NCBI GenBank assembly: GCA_021324815.1
Contig: JAJPIJ010000006.1
Span: forward strand, 24,814 to 88,813
Direction: 5' to 3'
Source: Gammaproteobacteria bacterium
GTDB taxonomy: Bacteria > Pseudomonadota > Gammaproteobacteria > JAJPIJ01
Length of the DNA stretch: 64,000 bases
In this document: in pieces, positions 37,101 to 49,410 of the stretch
Numbering within the stretch: position 1 is the stretch's first letter
How the letters are laid out: every line of letters begins with the position of its first letter
Position numbers and translations under genes: made by a program
The notes under the pieces: generated by a model
What the model was told of the DNA's origin: nothing
Seen by the model: only the letters and a program-made list of their open reading frames with translations
The model's database searches: none

Positions 37101-37742
37101 CTAGCGCACGCCAAAGACCACGATGGTCTTGCCGTGGGCCGTCAGCAGGTGCTGCTCTTCGAGTGACTTGAGCACGCGGCCGACCATCTCACGCGAACAG
37201 CCGACGATGCGCCCCAGCTCCTGGCGGGTGATGCGGATCTGCATGCCGTCGGGATGGGTCATGGCGTCGGGTTCCTTGCAGAGGTCCAGCAGCGTGCGCG
37301 CGATCCGGCCGGCGACGTCATGGAACGCCAGGTCGCCGACCTTGGTGTTGGTGCGGCGCAGGCGCAGCGCCAGTTGCGAGGCAATCAGAAAAATCAAATC
37401 CGGCATGAGCGTGGTGAGGGATTTGATGGCGTCATAGCTGATGCTGGCGATGTCGCAGGCGGTGCGCGCGCGCACGAAGGCGGTGCGGCTGACATTCTCG
37501 TTGAAGAGGCCGATCTCACCGAAGAAATCGCCGGTGTTCAGGTAGGCCAGCACGATCTCGCGGCCATTCTTGTCCTCCAGCAGGACCGTCACCGAACCGC
37601 TGACGATGTAGTACAGCTCGTTCGAAGGATCGCCCTGCCGGATGATGGTGCTTTTGGCGGGATACATCTTCCTCTGGCAATGCTCGAGGAAGCGGCGAAT
37701 GGTTTCATTGCCCTTCGCGGGCTGGCGCAGATCAGGCATCAC
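37101..37742 (-). CDS. crp: cAMP receptor protein CRP/Vfr (cNMP-binding domain plus HTH)
   Basis: …[36 protein letters not shown]…[39 protein letters not shown]…GKTIVVFG… is colinear with E. coli CRP. Confidence 0.9.
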   Translation of the reverse strand: MMPDLRQPAKGNETIRRFLEHCQRKMYPAKSTIIRQGDPSNELYYIVSGSVTVLLEDKNGREIVLAYLNTGDFFGEIGLFNENVSRTAFVRARTACDIASISYDAIKSLTTLMPDLIFLIASQLALRLRRTNTKVGDLAFHDVAGRIARTLLDLCKEPDAMTHPDGMQIRITRQELGRIVGCSREMVGRVLKSLEEQHLLTAHGKTIVVFGVR

Positions 37743-37863
37743 TCATCCCCGTCCCCGGTCTCTAGATGGGGCGGACAGGCCTCTAGTCTAGTGAAGCCGC
37801 GATGGAATGTCGATGTGCGATAATTCCCGGGGTTCGAGTTCGACGTTCACGACAGGAGGCCGG

Positions 37864-38283
37864 ATGAAAGGCGTGGTGAAATGGGTGGACGGGGCGATGT
37901 TCGTGGCCGAATCGGCCAGCGGGCATGCCGTCGTCATCGACGGTCCGCCGGAGGGCGGCGGACGCAATCTGGGGGTCCGGCCGATGGAAATGGTGCTGCT
38001 CGGCATGGGCGCTTGCACCGCCTACGACGTCGTGCACATCCTCAAAAAGGCCCGCCAGGACATCCTTGGCTGCCGGGTCGAGCTGGACGCCGAGCGGGCG
38101 GAATCCCCGCCGCAGGTGTTCACACGCATCCGGGTGCATTACTTCGTTCGCGGGCGGCGGCTTTCGGAATCACAGGTCAGGCGCGCGGTGGAGCTGTCCG
38201 CCGAAAAATACTGCTCGGCCTCGATCATGCTGGGCAAGACCGCGGCCATCACCCACGAGCTCACGATCGAAGAAGCTCCCTGA
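37864..38283 (+). CDS. OsmC/Ohr-family peroxiredoxin-like protein
   Basis: …GGRNLGVRPMEMVLLGMGACTAYDVVHILKK…SAEKYCSASIML… carries the two conserved Cys of the OsmC family. The ATG at 37864 is internal to the listed ORF. Confidence 0.75.
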   Translation: MKGVVKWVDGAMFVAESASGHAVVIDGPPEGGGRNLGVRPMEMVLLGMGACTAYDVVHILKKARQDILGCRVELDAERAESPPQVFTRIRVHYFVRGRRLSESQVRRAVELSAEKYCSASIMLGKTAAITHELTIEEAP

Positions 38284-38334
38284 CCAGGTATTCGCAAAGA
38301 TTGATGATTTTCCTGTTCGGAGTTTTGCTGAGAT

Positions 38335-39048
38335 TCACGCGACGCAGCGTAGATACGCCTCCTCCAGGGTGGGCGCCGCGAACTTCCCGCAGCACTCCGC
38401 CGGGTGGCCGACGTAGCGCAACACGCCGCCGTGCAGGATGGCGATGCAATCGCACAGCGCCTCGACGTCGCTCAAGAGATGGGTGCTGAAGAACAGGGTC
38501 TGTCCCCGCCCGCGCAGTCCCAGCAGGTATTTCTTGAGCAGGGCGCGGGCCTTGGGATCCAAGCCGCTCATCGGCTCGTCGAGCACGAACAACGGTTTGC
38601 CCGACAACAGGGTGGCCGCCAATCCCAGCTTCTGCGCCATGCCCTTGGACAGCGCCCGCACCGGCTTTTCCAGCGCGGCGGGCTCGAAGTCCAGCCCCGC
38701 CAGCACCGCCTCGAGCCGCCCGGCATCGTACCTCGCTGCGTGCAGCGTGCGCATGATCGTGAGGAAATCCCTGCCGGTGGTGTAGTGCGGCGGCAGGAAG
38801 CGCTCGGGCAGATAGGCCAGTTGCGAGCGCGCGGCGGTCTGCCGGTGCGGAATGCCGAAGATTTCGATGCGCCCGCCGTCGATGGCGCAGAGGTCCAGCA
38901 GGTTTTTGATCAGCGTGGTCTTGCCGGCGCCGTTGACGCCCACCAGCCCGCAGAACCCGCCGCTGGCCACTTCGAGATCGACGTCTTGCAGTACGCGCAG
39001 CCGCCCGTAGCTTTTGCGGACGGCCTGGAAGCGGAGGGCGGGCGGCAT
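38335..39048 (-). CDS. ABC transporter ATP-binding protein with no adjacent permease gene (orphan ATPase)
   Basis: Walker A GVNGAGKTT, signature LSKGMAQKL, Walker B LFVLDEP. Confidence 0.8.
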   Translation of the reverse strand: MPPALRFQAVRKSYGRLRVLQDVDLEVASGGFCGLVGVNGAGKTTLIKNLLDLCAIDGGRIEIFGIPHRQTAARSQLAYLPERFLPPHYTTGRDFLTIMRTLHAARYDAGRLEAVLAGLDFEPAALEKPVRALSKGMAQKLGLAATLLSGKPLFVLDEPMSGLDPKARALLKKYLLGLRGRGQTLFFSTHLLSDVEALCDCIAILHGGVLRYVGHPAECCGKFAAPTLEEAYLRCVA

Positions 39049-39134
39049 GTGGAGAGTCTAGCAACTCGGAACGCCGCAAGGGGCGCAAACAAAAAGCCCG
39101 CCGGAGGCGGGCTCAAGTTGGAGGAGTCGCAATC

Positions 39135-39854
39135 TCAGTACAGGAAGCTCAGGTTACATTGCTGCGCATTGTTGGTAATGTCCCAGTTGCCACTGGCGTC
39201 CATGCAGTTGGTGGCCGTCGGCTTGCTCACCGCGTTAAAATCAGGGCCGGCCTGCTGGTTGAGGCGCAGGACGCCACTGCCGGCAATGCCGTCATCCACC
39301 TTGACGTCCAGTTCGCGCGCGATATTGACCGGAATGTTATTGCCGATGATGAGGCTCAGGCGGGCCGATGCCGGCGCGGCGCAGGAATTGTCGCCGCAGA
39401 AGTCCTTGTGGAAAGCGAGCAGCAGTTCGCCGTTGAACGCATTCACCGGCGCGACGTTGGCATTGGCGGTGTACAGGGCCGCCGTCGTGGCGTTGCCCGC
39501 GTAGGCGCCCTGTATGAAGCCGGCCTTGGAAAGCTGCTCCCACATGGCGGAGGCCTCCGCCCAGGAACCCTCGTCAAGCTGGCCGTTGCCATTGCCGCCA
39601 CCATTGATGGTTTGACCTATGGCGGTCTGCGCGGCTGCAGCCGACCAATCCCCGGGAACCTGGCGGAAACGATCGATGAAGCCGTAATAGGCGGCCTGGA
39701 CGCCGGAACTCTGGTCGGCCAGATTGCGCACGCGGGCGCTGTTGATGAGTTCCTGGCCTTTCAGGATGCCGCCAAGAAGCAGGCCGATGATGACCAGCAC
39801 GATGGCGATTTCCACCAGCGTAAAGCCGCGTTGTTTGTCGTAGGCGGTGTTCAT
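39135..39854 (-). CDS. Type IV pilin / pseudopilin-like protein (prepilin N-terminal cleavage-methylation domain), 239 aa
   Basis: MNTAYDKQRG|FTLVEIAIVLVIIGLLLGGIL class-III signal peptide. C-terminal Cys pair(s). Confidence 0.75.
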   Translation of the reverse strand: MNTAYDKQRGFTLVEIAIVLVIIGLLLGGILKGQELINSARVRNLADQSSGVQAAYYGFIDRFRQVPGDWSAAAAQTAIGQTINGGGNGNGQLDEGSWAEASAMWEQLSKAGFIQGAYAGNATTAALYTANANVAPVNAFNGELLLAFHKDFCGDNSCAAPASARLSLIIGNNIPVNIARELDVKVDDGIAGSGVLRLNQQAGPDFNAVSKPTATNCMDASGNWDITNNAQQCNLSFLY

Positions 39855-39904
39855 GATTTTTTAAAACCTCATAAAGTATGGATTTATCACTTGCCTTAGC
39901 ATAA

Positions 39905-39919
39905 GCATTGGTTGTGCCA
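39905..39919 (-). promoter_or_regulatory. Candidate sigma-54 promoter (minus strand) TGGCACaaccaATGC upstream of the pilin gene
   Basis: Reverse complement of 39905-39919. GG/GC spacing matches the consensus. Located ~50 bp upstream of the pilin ATG inside an AT-rich region. Confidence 0.4.
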
Positions 39920-40035
39920 TATATATAATTGCTTATTTATTATAGGGTTGATTAATGCATCCACAAAATGGTGCATCGCCCACTGTTAGTGTTTACGACA
40001 GAATTGTCAGTGTTTTGACAATGTCTGACACCGAA

Positions 40036-40545
40036 TCAGTTCACGAAACGCCCGGCCACGGCCGCGAGCGTTGCCAAGAGTCCAAGTGTGGTATTGATGC
40101 CGATGATGCGACGGATGCGGGCCAGTTGCCGCGCGCCTTCCTTGAAATCGCCGCCGGCCACGCTCCGTCGCAGACGGCGGTAAGGCGCAAAAAAGACGTG
40201 CAGGTACAGCAGGATCATGATCATGCCCACGCCAGCCATCAGCCAAACCGCCACAGGGGCAAACGTGAGCCCGCCGTAAAGCCGGCCCGCCATGTACCAG
40301 CCGCTTGCGGGCAGCAGCATCACCGCCAGCCACACAAACAGGAAGAAACGCCGGAAGGCGCCGATCCACAATCGCAGGCGAAGCGATGGTTCCAACAATG
40401 ACGCGGCCACCGGCCGCAGGCACACATAGGCGAAAAACATCCCGCCCACCCAGAGGATGGCCGCGAGCATGTGAAGCGCGAGCGCGAGGTACATGGCGGA
40501 CATGAACGAAGTATCGCACAGCCTGGCCTGCATCATGCGGCGCAT
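40036..40545 (-). CDS. Small polytopic membrane protein (4 TM; CopD-C-terminal-like/DUF-type), start uncertain
   Basis: Hydrophobic core MSAMYLALALHMLAAILWVGGMFFAYVCLRP…. Candidate ATGs at 40545 and 40503. The listed 40743 start would run into the rpe promoter region. Confidence 0.45.
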   Translation of the reverse strand: MRRMMQARLCDTSFMSAMYLALALHMLAAILWVGGMFFAYVCLRPVAASLLEPSLRLRLWIGAFRRFFLFVWLAVMLLPASGWYMAGRLYGGLTFAPVAVWLMAGVGMIMILLYLHVFFAPYRRLRRSVAGGDFKEGARQLARIRRIIGINTTLGLLATLAAVAGRFVN

Positions 40546-40624
40546 GGTTTTCCGGCGGCGGCGGACGGGCTGAAATACAGCGGCTGATCGGGTAAAGTGG
40601 CGCCCCCTGACAAGGGACCGGCTT

Positions 40625-41299
40625 ATGAATCCGTACGTTATCGCGCCTTCCATCCTCTCCGCCGACTTCGCCCGGCTGGGCGAGGAGGTCGCGCGCGTGA
40701 TCGAGGCCGGCGCCGATTTCATCCATTTCGACGTCATGGACAACCACTACGTGCCGAACCTGAGTTTCGGCCCGGTGGTCTGCGAGGCGCTGCGCAGGCA
40801 CGGCGTCACCGCGCCCATCGACGCGCACCTGATGGTGAAGCCGGTGGATCGGCTGATCAGCGATTTCGCCCGGGCCGGCGCCACCTACATCACCTTTCAC
40901 CCGGAGGCGAGCGAGCATGTCGATCGCTCGTTGCAGCTCATCCGCGACGCGGGCTGCAAGCCCGGCCTAGTGTTGAACCCCGCCACGCCGCTCAATGTGC
41001 TCGACCATGTGCTTGACAAGCTGGACATGGTGTTGATCATGTCGGTGAACCCCGGGTTCGGCGGGCAGTCGTTCATTCCCTCGGCGCTCGGCAAGCTGCG
41101 CGCCGCCCGCCGGCTCATCCGCGACAGCGGACGCGACATCCGGCTGGAGGTCGACGGCGGGGTCAGGGTCGACAACATCCGCGCCATCGCGCAGGCCGGG
41201 GCGGACACCTTCGTCGCCGGCTCGGCCATCTTCGGCAGCCCGGACTACGCGGCGACCATCAGCGCCATGCGCGCCGAACTCGCGAAGGCGGCCGCATGA
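40625..41299 (+). CDS. rpe: Ribulose-phosphate 3-epimerase
   Basis: …[17 protein letters not shown]…[22 protein letters not shown]… are canonical Rpe motifs. Confidence 0.9.
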   Translation: MNPYVIAPSILSADFARLGEEVARVIEAGADFIHFDVMDNHYVPNLSFGPVVCEALRRHGVTAPIDAHLMVKPVDRLISDFARAGATYITFHPEASEHVDRSLQLIRDAGCKPGLVLNPATPLNVLDHVLDKLDMVLIMSVNPGFGGQSFIPSALGKLRAARRLIRDSGRDIRLEVDGGVRVDNIRAIAQAGADTFVAGSAIFGSPDYAATISAMRAELAKAAA

Positions 41300-41991
41300 A
41301 AAACCATGCGCCCGTCCTGAGCGCGGTCGAAGGGCCGGAACTGGTCCTCTTTGATCTGGACGGCACGCTGGTGGACAGCGTCCCGGACATTGCCTATTGC
41401 ATCGATCGAATGCTGGGCGAACTGGGACGCGCGCCGGCGGGCGAGCACCGCGTGCGCATGTGGGTGGGCAACGGCGCCGAGCGGCTCATCAAGCGCGCGC
41501 TCACCGGCGCGATGGACGCGGAGCCGGCGGATGCCGCGGAATTCCGCCGCGCGCACGATCGCTTCCTCGAGTTGTACGGCGAGCACACCGATGAATTGAG
41601 CCGGCTGTATCCCGGCGCCGTGGAGGGGCTGCGCCATGCGCGTAGCCTCGGCTGCCCGGTGGGCTGCGTCACCAACAAGGCGGCGCGCTTCACCGAACCG
41701 TTGCTGCAATCGCTCGGCATCCGCGACCAATTTGAGATCGTGGTGAGCGGCGATACGCTGGCGCGGCGCAAACCCGATCCGATGCCGCTCCTGTATTGCG
41801 CGGAGAAGTATGCCGCGCAGCCCGCGCGCAGCGTCATGGTGGGCGACTCCATCAACGACATCCACGCCGCCCGCGCCGCGGGTTTCCGCATCGTCTGCGT
41901 CAGCTACGGCTACAACCATGGCAACGACATCGGCATCGAGAAACCGGATGCCGTGATTGAGACTCTGGCGGACTTGTCCGCACATCTGTAA
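41296..41991 (+). CDS. gph: Phosphoglycolate phosphatase (HAD superfamily)
   Basis: …[12 protein letters not shown]… HAD motif I. It follows rpe, as in the conserved rpe-gph-trpE arrangement. Confidence 0.8.
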   Translation: MKNHAPVLSAVEGPELVLFDLDGTLVDSVPDIAYCIDRMLGELGRAPAGEHRVRMWVGNGAERLIKRALTGAMDAEPADAAEFRRAHDRFLELYGEHTDELSRLYPGAVEGLRHARSLGCPVGCVTNKAARFTEPLLQSLGIRDQFEIVVSGDTLARRKPDPMPLLYCAEKYAAQPARSVMVGDSINDIHAARAAGFRIVCVSYGYNHGNDIGIEKPDAVIETLADLSAHL

Positions 41992-41997
41992 CTCCGC

Positions 41998-43482
<1,485 letters not shown>

Positions 43483-43539
43483 TCGGCGGGCCGGTTCGCG
43501 GCTAAAATTGGGATCAGTGGGAAGCTGCTGACTCAAGCC

Positions 43540-45564
43540 ATGAAACGGGTATTGCTGATCCTCGTCGTGCTGGGACTCCTAGCCGCAGGCGCCGCGGCCG
43601 TGCTGCTCGGCCGCTTCGACATTCACCGCCACCAGGGCGAACTGTCGGCGCTGATCGCCAGACAGACCGGTCGCAGCTTCGCCATCACCGGCGACATCCA
43701 TTTCGCGCCTTCGCTGGTGCCGACGCTGGCGGTGGAGGGCGTCAGGCTCGGCAATGCGGCGTGGAGCAAGCGCGGCGACTTCATCGTCATCGATCGCGCG
43801 GAGGCGCAGGTGGCCTTGCTGCCGCTGCTGCGGGGACAGCTGGAGATCAAGCGCCTGCTGCTCTCCGGCGCGAAAATTTCGCTGGAGACGAACGAAAAAG
43901 GCGAAGGCAACTGGGTGCTCGGCGAACAAAAAACGAATGCCAGGGGCGCCGCGCCCTCCCTTCCCCTGGCGCTGGCGATACGGCAGGTACGCATCGAAAA
44001 ATCCACGCTTCGCTACCATGCGGTCAAGAGCGAAACGGCTCAAGTGCTCGATGTCAAATCACTGCAACTGGATAGTGCCTCCGCGAGTTCCCCGCTGGCG
44101 GTGGATTTCAGCGGGACATACCGCGGCCTGCCTTTCACGCTGACTGGCACGGTTGGATCATTGGACGCATTGCGCGCCGACCGGCGCTGGCCCTTCGATC
44201 TCGACGCCCGGATCAAGACGGTGAAGGCCGCCGTGCACGGCGAGGCTGAAAAACCGCTTGCTGGTGAAGGCGTCAGGGCGGAAGTCGCGCTCAGTGCCGA
44301 TTCATTGGCCGCGCTGGGTGATCTCGGCGGCTGGAAATTGCCGGCATTGTCGCCGGTTTCCATATCGGCTTCGATTATTCCGCCGGAGAATAAAAACAAC
44401 CGCGGCTATTCCCTGCCGAATGTGACAATAAAGCTGGGCCACTCCGATCTGGCCGGCCACATGCGACTGGACCCCGCCGGCGCGCGGCCGCTGATCGAAG
44501 GTGAATTCACCTCCACTCTCATCGATCTGACGGAAGCGCTGCCGCCACCGCCCAAGGAGCGGAAAAACGAGCGCATGTTCTCCGTCGATCCGCTGCCGTT
44601 TGCGACATTGCGCGGGGTGGACGCGAAGGCTTCGCTGCGGGCGGGCGCGCTCAAGACGCACAAGATGGTTTACGACAAGGTCACCGCCGCCCTTGTCCTG
44701 ACCAACGGCCGTCTGAACCTGAGTCCTCTTGCGGCCGTGCTGGCCGGCGGCCGGGTGGAGGGAGCGCTTTCAGCCGATGCCACCACCGCAAGACCCAAGG
44801 TCAACATCGATTTGCGCGGCAAGGGCATCCTGCCCGGTCAGTTGCCCCAACTGGCCGGCAAGCACCTGGAGAATGCGCCGACTGATTTCGTCTTCGAAGT
44901 GCACGGCAGCGGCGTTTCGGTTGCGGACATCATGGGTGGCGGCGACGGCAAATTATTTGTGCATACGGGCCCGGGGCGCATGCCGAATAATCTGGCCAGC
45001 GCCGATCTGCTGCTCGACGGCCTGCGCCTGTTCAACCCGCTGGCCAAGTCCGATCCCTACACCACCATCGAATGCGCGGTGGTGAATTTCGGCATCAAGA
45101 ACGGCGTTGCCAGCGGTCCCGCGGGAATAGGCGTGCGCACCGACAAGCTTAACATCCTGGGCGGCGGCACGGTGGACCTCAAGACCGAACGCATCGACAT
45201 CGGCGCCAAGCCCAAGCCGCGCACCGGCATCGGTCTCAACATCGCCGCCCTGGGCGATTTCGTGCGCCTCGGCGGCACGCTGTCCAATCCGCACCCGGTC
45301 ACCAACGCCGTGGGTGCCGCGGAAGCGGGGCTCAAGGTCGGCGCGGCGGTGGCTACCGGCGGCCTCTCGCTGCTGGCCGAGGGCCTCATCGATCGAACTT
45401 CCGCGGACGATGACGTCTGCGCCATTGCCGCCGGCACGCAGCCGCTCAAGCCGGCGCAAAAGCCGAAATCGGTGCTGCAGAAGACCACGGACACCACCAA
45501 AGAGGCGGCCAAAAGCGCCACCGATGCCGTGGAGGGCGTGTTCAAGAGCCTGTTCGGCAATTAA
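43540..45564 (+). CDS. asmA: AsmA-family outer-membrane biogenesis protein (674 aa)
   Basis: N-terminal anchor MKRVLLILVVLGLLAAGAAAVLL followed by the AsmA N-terminal domain (…GELSALIARQTGRSFAITGDIHFAPSL…LLRGQLEIKRLLLSGAKISLE…). Confidence 0.7.
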   Translation: MKRVLLILVVLGLLAAGAAAVLLGRFDIHRHQGELSALIARQTGRSFAITGDIHFAPSLVPTLAVEGVRLGNAAWSKRGDFIVIDRAEAQVALLPLLRGQLEIKRLLLSGAKISLETNEKGEGNWVLGEQKTNARGAAPSLPLALAIRQVRIEKSTLRYHAVKSETAQVLDVKSLQLDSASASSPLAVDFSGTYRGLPFTLTGTVGSLDALRADRRWPFDLDARIKTVKAAVHGEAEKPLAGEGVRAEVALSADSLAALGDLGGWKLPALSPVSISASIIPPENKNNRGYSLPNVTIKLGHSDLAGHMRLDPAGARPLIEGEFTSTLIDLTEALPPPPKERKNERMFSVDPLPFATLRGVDAKASLRAGALKTHKMVYDKVTAALVLTNGRLNLSPLAAVLAGGRVEGALSADATTARPKVNIDLRGKGILPGQLPQLAGKHLENAPTDFVFEVHGSGVSVADIMGGGDGKLFVHTGPGRMPNNLASADLLLDGLRLFNPLAKSDPYTTIECAVVNFGIKNGVASGPAGIGVRTDKLNILGGGTVDLKTERIDIGAKPKPRTGIGLNIAALGDFVRLGGTLSNPHPVTNAVGAAEAGLKVGAAVATGGLSLLAEGLIDRTSADDDVCAIAAGTQPLKPAQKPKSVLQKTTDTTKEAAKSATDAVEGVFKSLFGN

Positions 45565-45700
45565 ACCGCCTGTCCGGTCGATTCCAGTCATGCGGGGATT
45601 CCGTTGGCCGTCATTTCCGGCGACAATGCCGCCCTCCGTTTGGTAATGGCTGACGGCCGATTCCCCGTAATCTTGAAGGGATGAGTAGAGTACACGCATC

Positions 45701-46279
45701 ATGCTGCTGATGATCGACAATTACGACTCCTTCACCTACAACCTGGTGCAGTACCTTGGCGAGCTGGGGGCGGACGTGCGCGTGTACCGCAACGATCAGA
45801 TCACGGTGGATGAGATGGAGAAAATGAGGCCGGATCAGATCGTCATCTCCCCGGGCCCCTGCACGCCCAACGAGGCCGGCGTGTCGATGGATGTCATCAA
45901 GCACTTCCAGTCGAAGGCGCCCATCCTCGGCGTCTGCCTCGGGCATCAGGCCATCGGCCAGGTGTACGGCGGCGAGGTGGTGCACGCGCGCGAGGTGATG
46001 CATGGCAAGACCTCGCCAATCAAGCACACCGGCCAGGATGTGTTTCGCAATCTGGCCAACCCCTTCACCGCCACCCGCTATCATTCACTGGTGATCAAGA
46101 AGGAGACCCTGCCCGGGTGTCTTGAGATGACGGCGTGGACCGAACACAACGGCGGCGTGGACGAGATCATGGGCGTGCGGCACCGGCAATATCGCGTCTC
46201 CGGCGTGCAGTTCCATCCCGAGTCCATCCTGACCGAGCACGGCCACGAGTTGTTGAAGAATTTCCTCGAAGCCCGCTGA
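45701..46279 (+). CDS. trpG: Anthranilate synthase component II (glutamine amidotransferase)
   Basis: [19 protein letters not shown]…[10 protein letters not shown]…HPES…. Confidence 0.9.
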   Translation: MLLMIDNYDSFTYNLVQYLGELGADVRVYRNDQITVDEMEKMRPDQIVISPGPCTPNEAGVSMDVIKHFQSKAPILGVCLGHQAIGQVYGGEVVHAREVMHGKTSPIKHTGQDVFRNLANPFTATRYHSLVIKKETLPGCLEMTAWTEHNGGVDEIMGVRHRQYRVSGVQFHPESILTEHGHELLKNFLEAR

Positions 46280-46283
46280 CCGC

Positions 46284-47303
46284 ATGTCGATAACGGCCTA
46301 TCTGCGCGCGCTGACGGAGCGGCGTGATCTCACGTCCGGAGAAATGACGGCGGCCATGCGCGCGCTCATGAGCGGCGAGGCCACGCCGGCGCAGATCGCG
46401 GGGTTTCTGATCGCGCTGCGCATGAAGGGCGAGACCGTGACCGAAATCGCCGCCGCCGCGCGCGTCATGCGCGAACAGGCCGCCGCGGTGGAGATTGACC
46501 TCCCGCATCTGGTCGACACCTGCGGCACGGGCGGCGACGGCGCCCGCACCTTCAACGTCTCCACCGCCAGCGCCTTCGTCGTCGCGGCGGCCGGCGGGCA
46601 CGTGGCGAAACACGGCAATCGCGCCCATTCCAGCCGCTGCGGCAGCGCCGACGTGCTGGAGGCCGCCGGCGCGAAGATCGATCTCACGCCCGCGCAGGTG
46701 GCGGAATGCATCAAGGAGACCGGCGTGGGCTTCATGTTCGCGCCCAGGCACCACGCCGCGACCCGTCACGTCGTCGGGCCGCGCCGCGAGCTCGGCGTGC
46801 GCACGCTGTTCAACCTGCTGGGGCCGCTCACCAATCCCGCGCGTACGGTCAACCAGGTGATCGGCGTGTACAGTCGCAAGTGGCTGCAGCCGCTGGCCGA
46901 GGTGCTGCGCGAACTTGGCGGCCGCCATGTCTGGGTGGTGCACGCCGAGGACGGGCTCGATGAGATCAGCATCGCCGGCCCGACCCACGTCGCGCAATTG
47001 CGCGACGGCGTGATCCGCGGCTTCACGATCACGCCGGAGGAGGCGGATGTTCCGCGCGGCGCGCTCACGGAACTCACGGCCGGCGATGCGGCGGAAAGTC
47101 TGCGCAAACTCCAATCGTCCCTGCGCAACGAGCCGGGGCCGGCGCGCGACATCGTGTGCCTCAATGCCGGCGCCGCCATTTACGTCTGCGGTTTGGCCCC
47201 CGACTGGAGGGGCGGTGTGCAGAAGGCGCAACAGGCGATCGCATCAGGCCGGGCACTGGATCGTTTTCAACGATTCATCAGCTACACGCAGAAGGTGCGC
47301 TGA
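46284..47303 (+). CDS. trpD: Anthranilate phosphoribosyltransferase
   Basis: …[28 protein letters not shown]…KHGNRA…. Confidence 0.9.
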   Translation: MSITAYLRALTERRDLTSGEMTAAMRALMSGEATPAQIAGFLIALRMKGETVTEIAAAARVMREQAAAVEIDLPHLVDTCGTGGDGARTFNVSTASAFVVAAAGGHVAKHGNRAHSSRCGSADVLEAAGAKIDLTPAQVAECIKETGVGFMFAPRHHAATRHVVGPRRELGVRTLFNLLGPLTNPARTVNQVIGVYSRKWLQPLAEVLRELGGRHVWVVHAEDGLDEISIAGPTHVAQLRDGVIRGFTITPEEADVPRGALTELTAGDAAESLRKLQSSLRNEPGPARDIVCLNAGAAIYVCGLAPDWRGGVQKAQQAIASGRALDRFQRFISYTQKVR

Positions 47304-48115
47304 TGAACACCTCCGTCACGGGCGTGCCGGACATCCTGCGCGGGATCGTGGAGCACAAGCGCAAGGAAGTGGCGGCGCGCGCCGCCAGCATGAAACTCGC
47401 GGCGCTGAAGAAAAAGGCGGCGGCGGCCGGGCCCGCGCGCGGCTTTGTGAGCGCCATCCAGAACAGGATTGCCGGGGGCGGGCCGGCCGTGATCGCAGAA
47501 TGCAAGAAGGCCTCGCCCAGCCGCGGCGTGATCCGCAAGGATTACTCCCCGGCGGCCATCGCAAGATCCTACGCCGCGGCGGGGGCGGCGTGCCTGTCCG
47601 TGCTGACCGACGTTGATTATTTCCAGGGCGCCGATCAACATCTCATCGAGGCCCGCAACGTCTGCGCGCTGCCCGTCCTCCGCAAGGACTTCATGATCGA
47701 TCCCTATCAGGTGTACGAGTCCCGCGCGATCGGCGCCGACTGCATCCTGCTCATCGCCGCCTGTCTGCCGGACGCGCTGATGCAGGAGCTGGCCTCCCTG
47801 GCGCGGGAGCTTGGAATGGACGTGCTGGTCGAGGTGCACGATCGCAGGGAGCTGGAGCGGGCGCACCTGCTGCGCACGCCGCTCATCGGCATCAACAACC
47901 GCGATCTGCACTCCTTCACCACCGATCTCAAAATCACGCTGGATCTGCTGGTTGACGTGATGCCCGATCGCATCGTTGTCACCGAGAGCGGCATCCACGC
48001 TCATGAGGACGTGGCCTTGATGCGGCGGCGCGGCGTCAATGCCTTCCTAGTCGGCGAGGCGTTCATGTCGGCGGCGGACCCCGGCGCGAAGCTCAAGGAA
48101 TTGTTTTCGCTTTGA
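47304..48115 (+). CDS. trpC: Indole-3-glycerol-phosphate synthase
   Basis: …IAECKKASPSRGVI…LRKDFMIDPYQVYESRAIGADCILLI… The ATG at 47304 abuts the trpD stop. Confidence 0.9.
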
Positions 48116-48155
48116 GAAGCCGGAATACGGGTTGATTCAACAAGGAGAATTCACC

Positions 48156-49031
48156 ATGCGATCGATGATGTTTTGCCTGCTGGGTCTGGTTTCCTTCGCC
48201 GCGAGCGCGGCGGAATGGAGCGTGGAGAAGCTCTGGGAGACGGAGGCGGTGTTCAAGAATCCGGAATCCGCGCTCAACGATGGCCAGCGCGGCGTCATTT
48301 ACGTCTCCAACGTCAACGGCGACGCCAACGCCAAGGACGGCAACGGCTTCATCTCGCGCCTGTCGCCGGACGGCCGTGTGCTCGAGCTGCAATGGGTGAC
48401 GGGCCTCGACGGCCCCAAGGGGCTGGGCCGCGTCGGCAACAAACTCTATGCCGCCGATATCGACACGCTGGTCGAGATCGACATCAGGCGGGGGAAGATC
48501 ATCCACCGTTACGAGGCCGCCGGCGCGAAATTCCTGAACGACGTCGCCACCAGCCGCGGGGGCGACGTGTACGTCTCCGACATGGTGGCGGACAGGATCT
48601 ACCGCCTGCATGACGGCAAGCTGGAGGTGTGGTTGGAATCACCGGCGCTGGAGAATCCCAACGGCCTGCACGTCGCCGGCGGACGCATGATCGAGGGCGC
48701 CTGGGGCGTCATGTCGGGCGGCGGCTTTGCCACGCCCGTCCCCGGCCATGTCAAGGTGATCTCCATGCAAGACAAGTCCATACAGGATTTCGGCGGCAGC
48801 CAGCCCATCGGCAACATGGACGGCATCGAGCTGCTGCCCGACGGGCAGGTGCTGGCCACCGACTGGATGGCGGGCAAGCTCATGACCGTGGCGCCGGACG
48901 GGAGGGTCAGTGTGCTGGCCACCCTGCACCAGGGCACGGCCGACATTGGCTACATGAGCAGAAAGAAAATCGTTCTGCTGCCGATGATGATGGACGGCAC
49001 CGTCATCGCCTATCAATTGAGATCGCGATAA
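48156..49031 (+). CDS. Secreted beta-propeller-like protein (SMP-30/gluconolactonase/LRE-like repeats), function unknown
   Basis: ATG 48156 with CAAGGAGAA RBS. Signal peptide MRSMMFCLLGLVSFAASAA. Repeated …YVSN/YVSD…G… blades. Confidence 0.5.
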   Translation: MRSMMFCLLGLVSFAASAAEWSVEKLWETEAVFKNPESALNDGQRGVIYVSNVNGDANAKDGNGFISRLSPDGRVLELQWVTGLDGPKGLGRVGNKLYAADIDTLVEIDIRRGKIIHRYEAAGAKFLNDVATSRGGDVYVSDMVADRIYRLHDGKLEVWLESPALENPNGLHVAGGRMIEGAWGVMSGGGFATPVPGHVKVISMQDKSIQDFGGSQPIGNMDGIELLPDGQVLATDWMAGKLMTVAPDGRVSVLATLHQGTADIGYMSRKKIVLLPMMMDGTVIAYQLRSR

Positions 49032-49040
49032 GCGTCGGCG

Positions 49041-49403
49041 ATGGCTGATTACGACAACACCGGCTTCGGCACGCAGTACTCGGATAAATCATTCTGGGAC
49101 ACGCTCAAGGCCTATGCGCTTGCCGCGGGGCGCGATGTCATCGAGAAGGCGCTGATTCTTTACTACACGGCGCGCAGTCCGGCCACGCCCGCGTGGGCCA
49201 AGGCCGCCATCTACGCCGCGCTGGGATATTTCGTCAGCCTGATCGACGCCATCCCTGATCTGACGCCGATCATCGGTTACGCCGATGATCTCGGCGTGCT
49301 GGTCGCGGCAATCGCCACGGTCGCCTCCACCATCACACCGGAGATCCGTGAGCAGGCGGCGCAGAAACTTCAGGAATGGTTCGAGACCCCGCCCGCGTCC
49401 TGA
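49041..49403 (+). CDS. YkvA/DUF1232-family small membrane protein
   Basis: …LIDAIPDLTPIIGYADDLGVLVAAI… is the DUF1232 signature. Confidence 0.55.
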   Translation: MADYDNTGFGTQYSDKSFWDTLKAYALAAGRDVIEKALILYYTARSPATPAWAKAAIYAALGYFVSLIDAIPDLTPIIGYADDLGVLVAAIATVASTITPEIREQAAQKLQEWFETPPAS

Positions 49404-49410
49404 TAGAATC

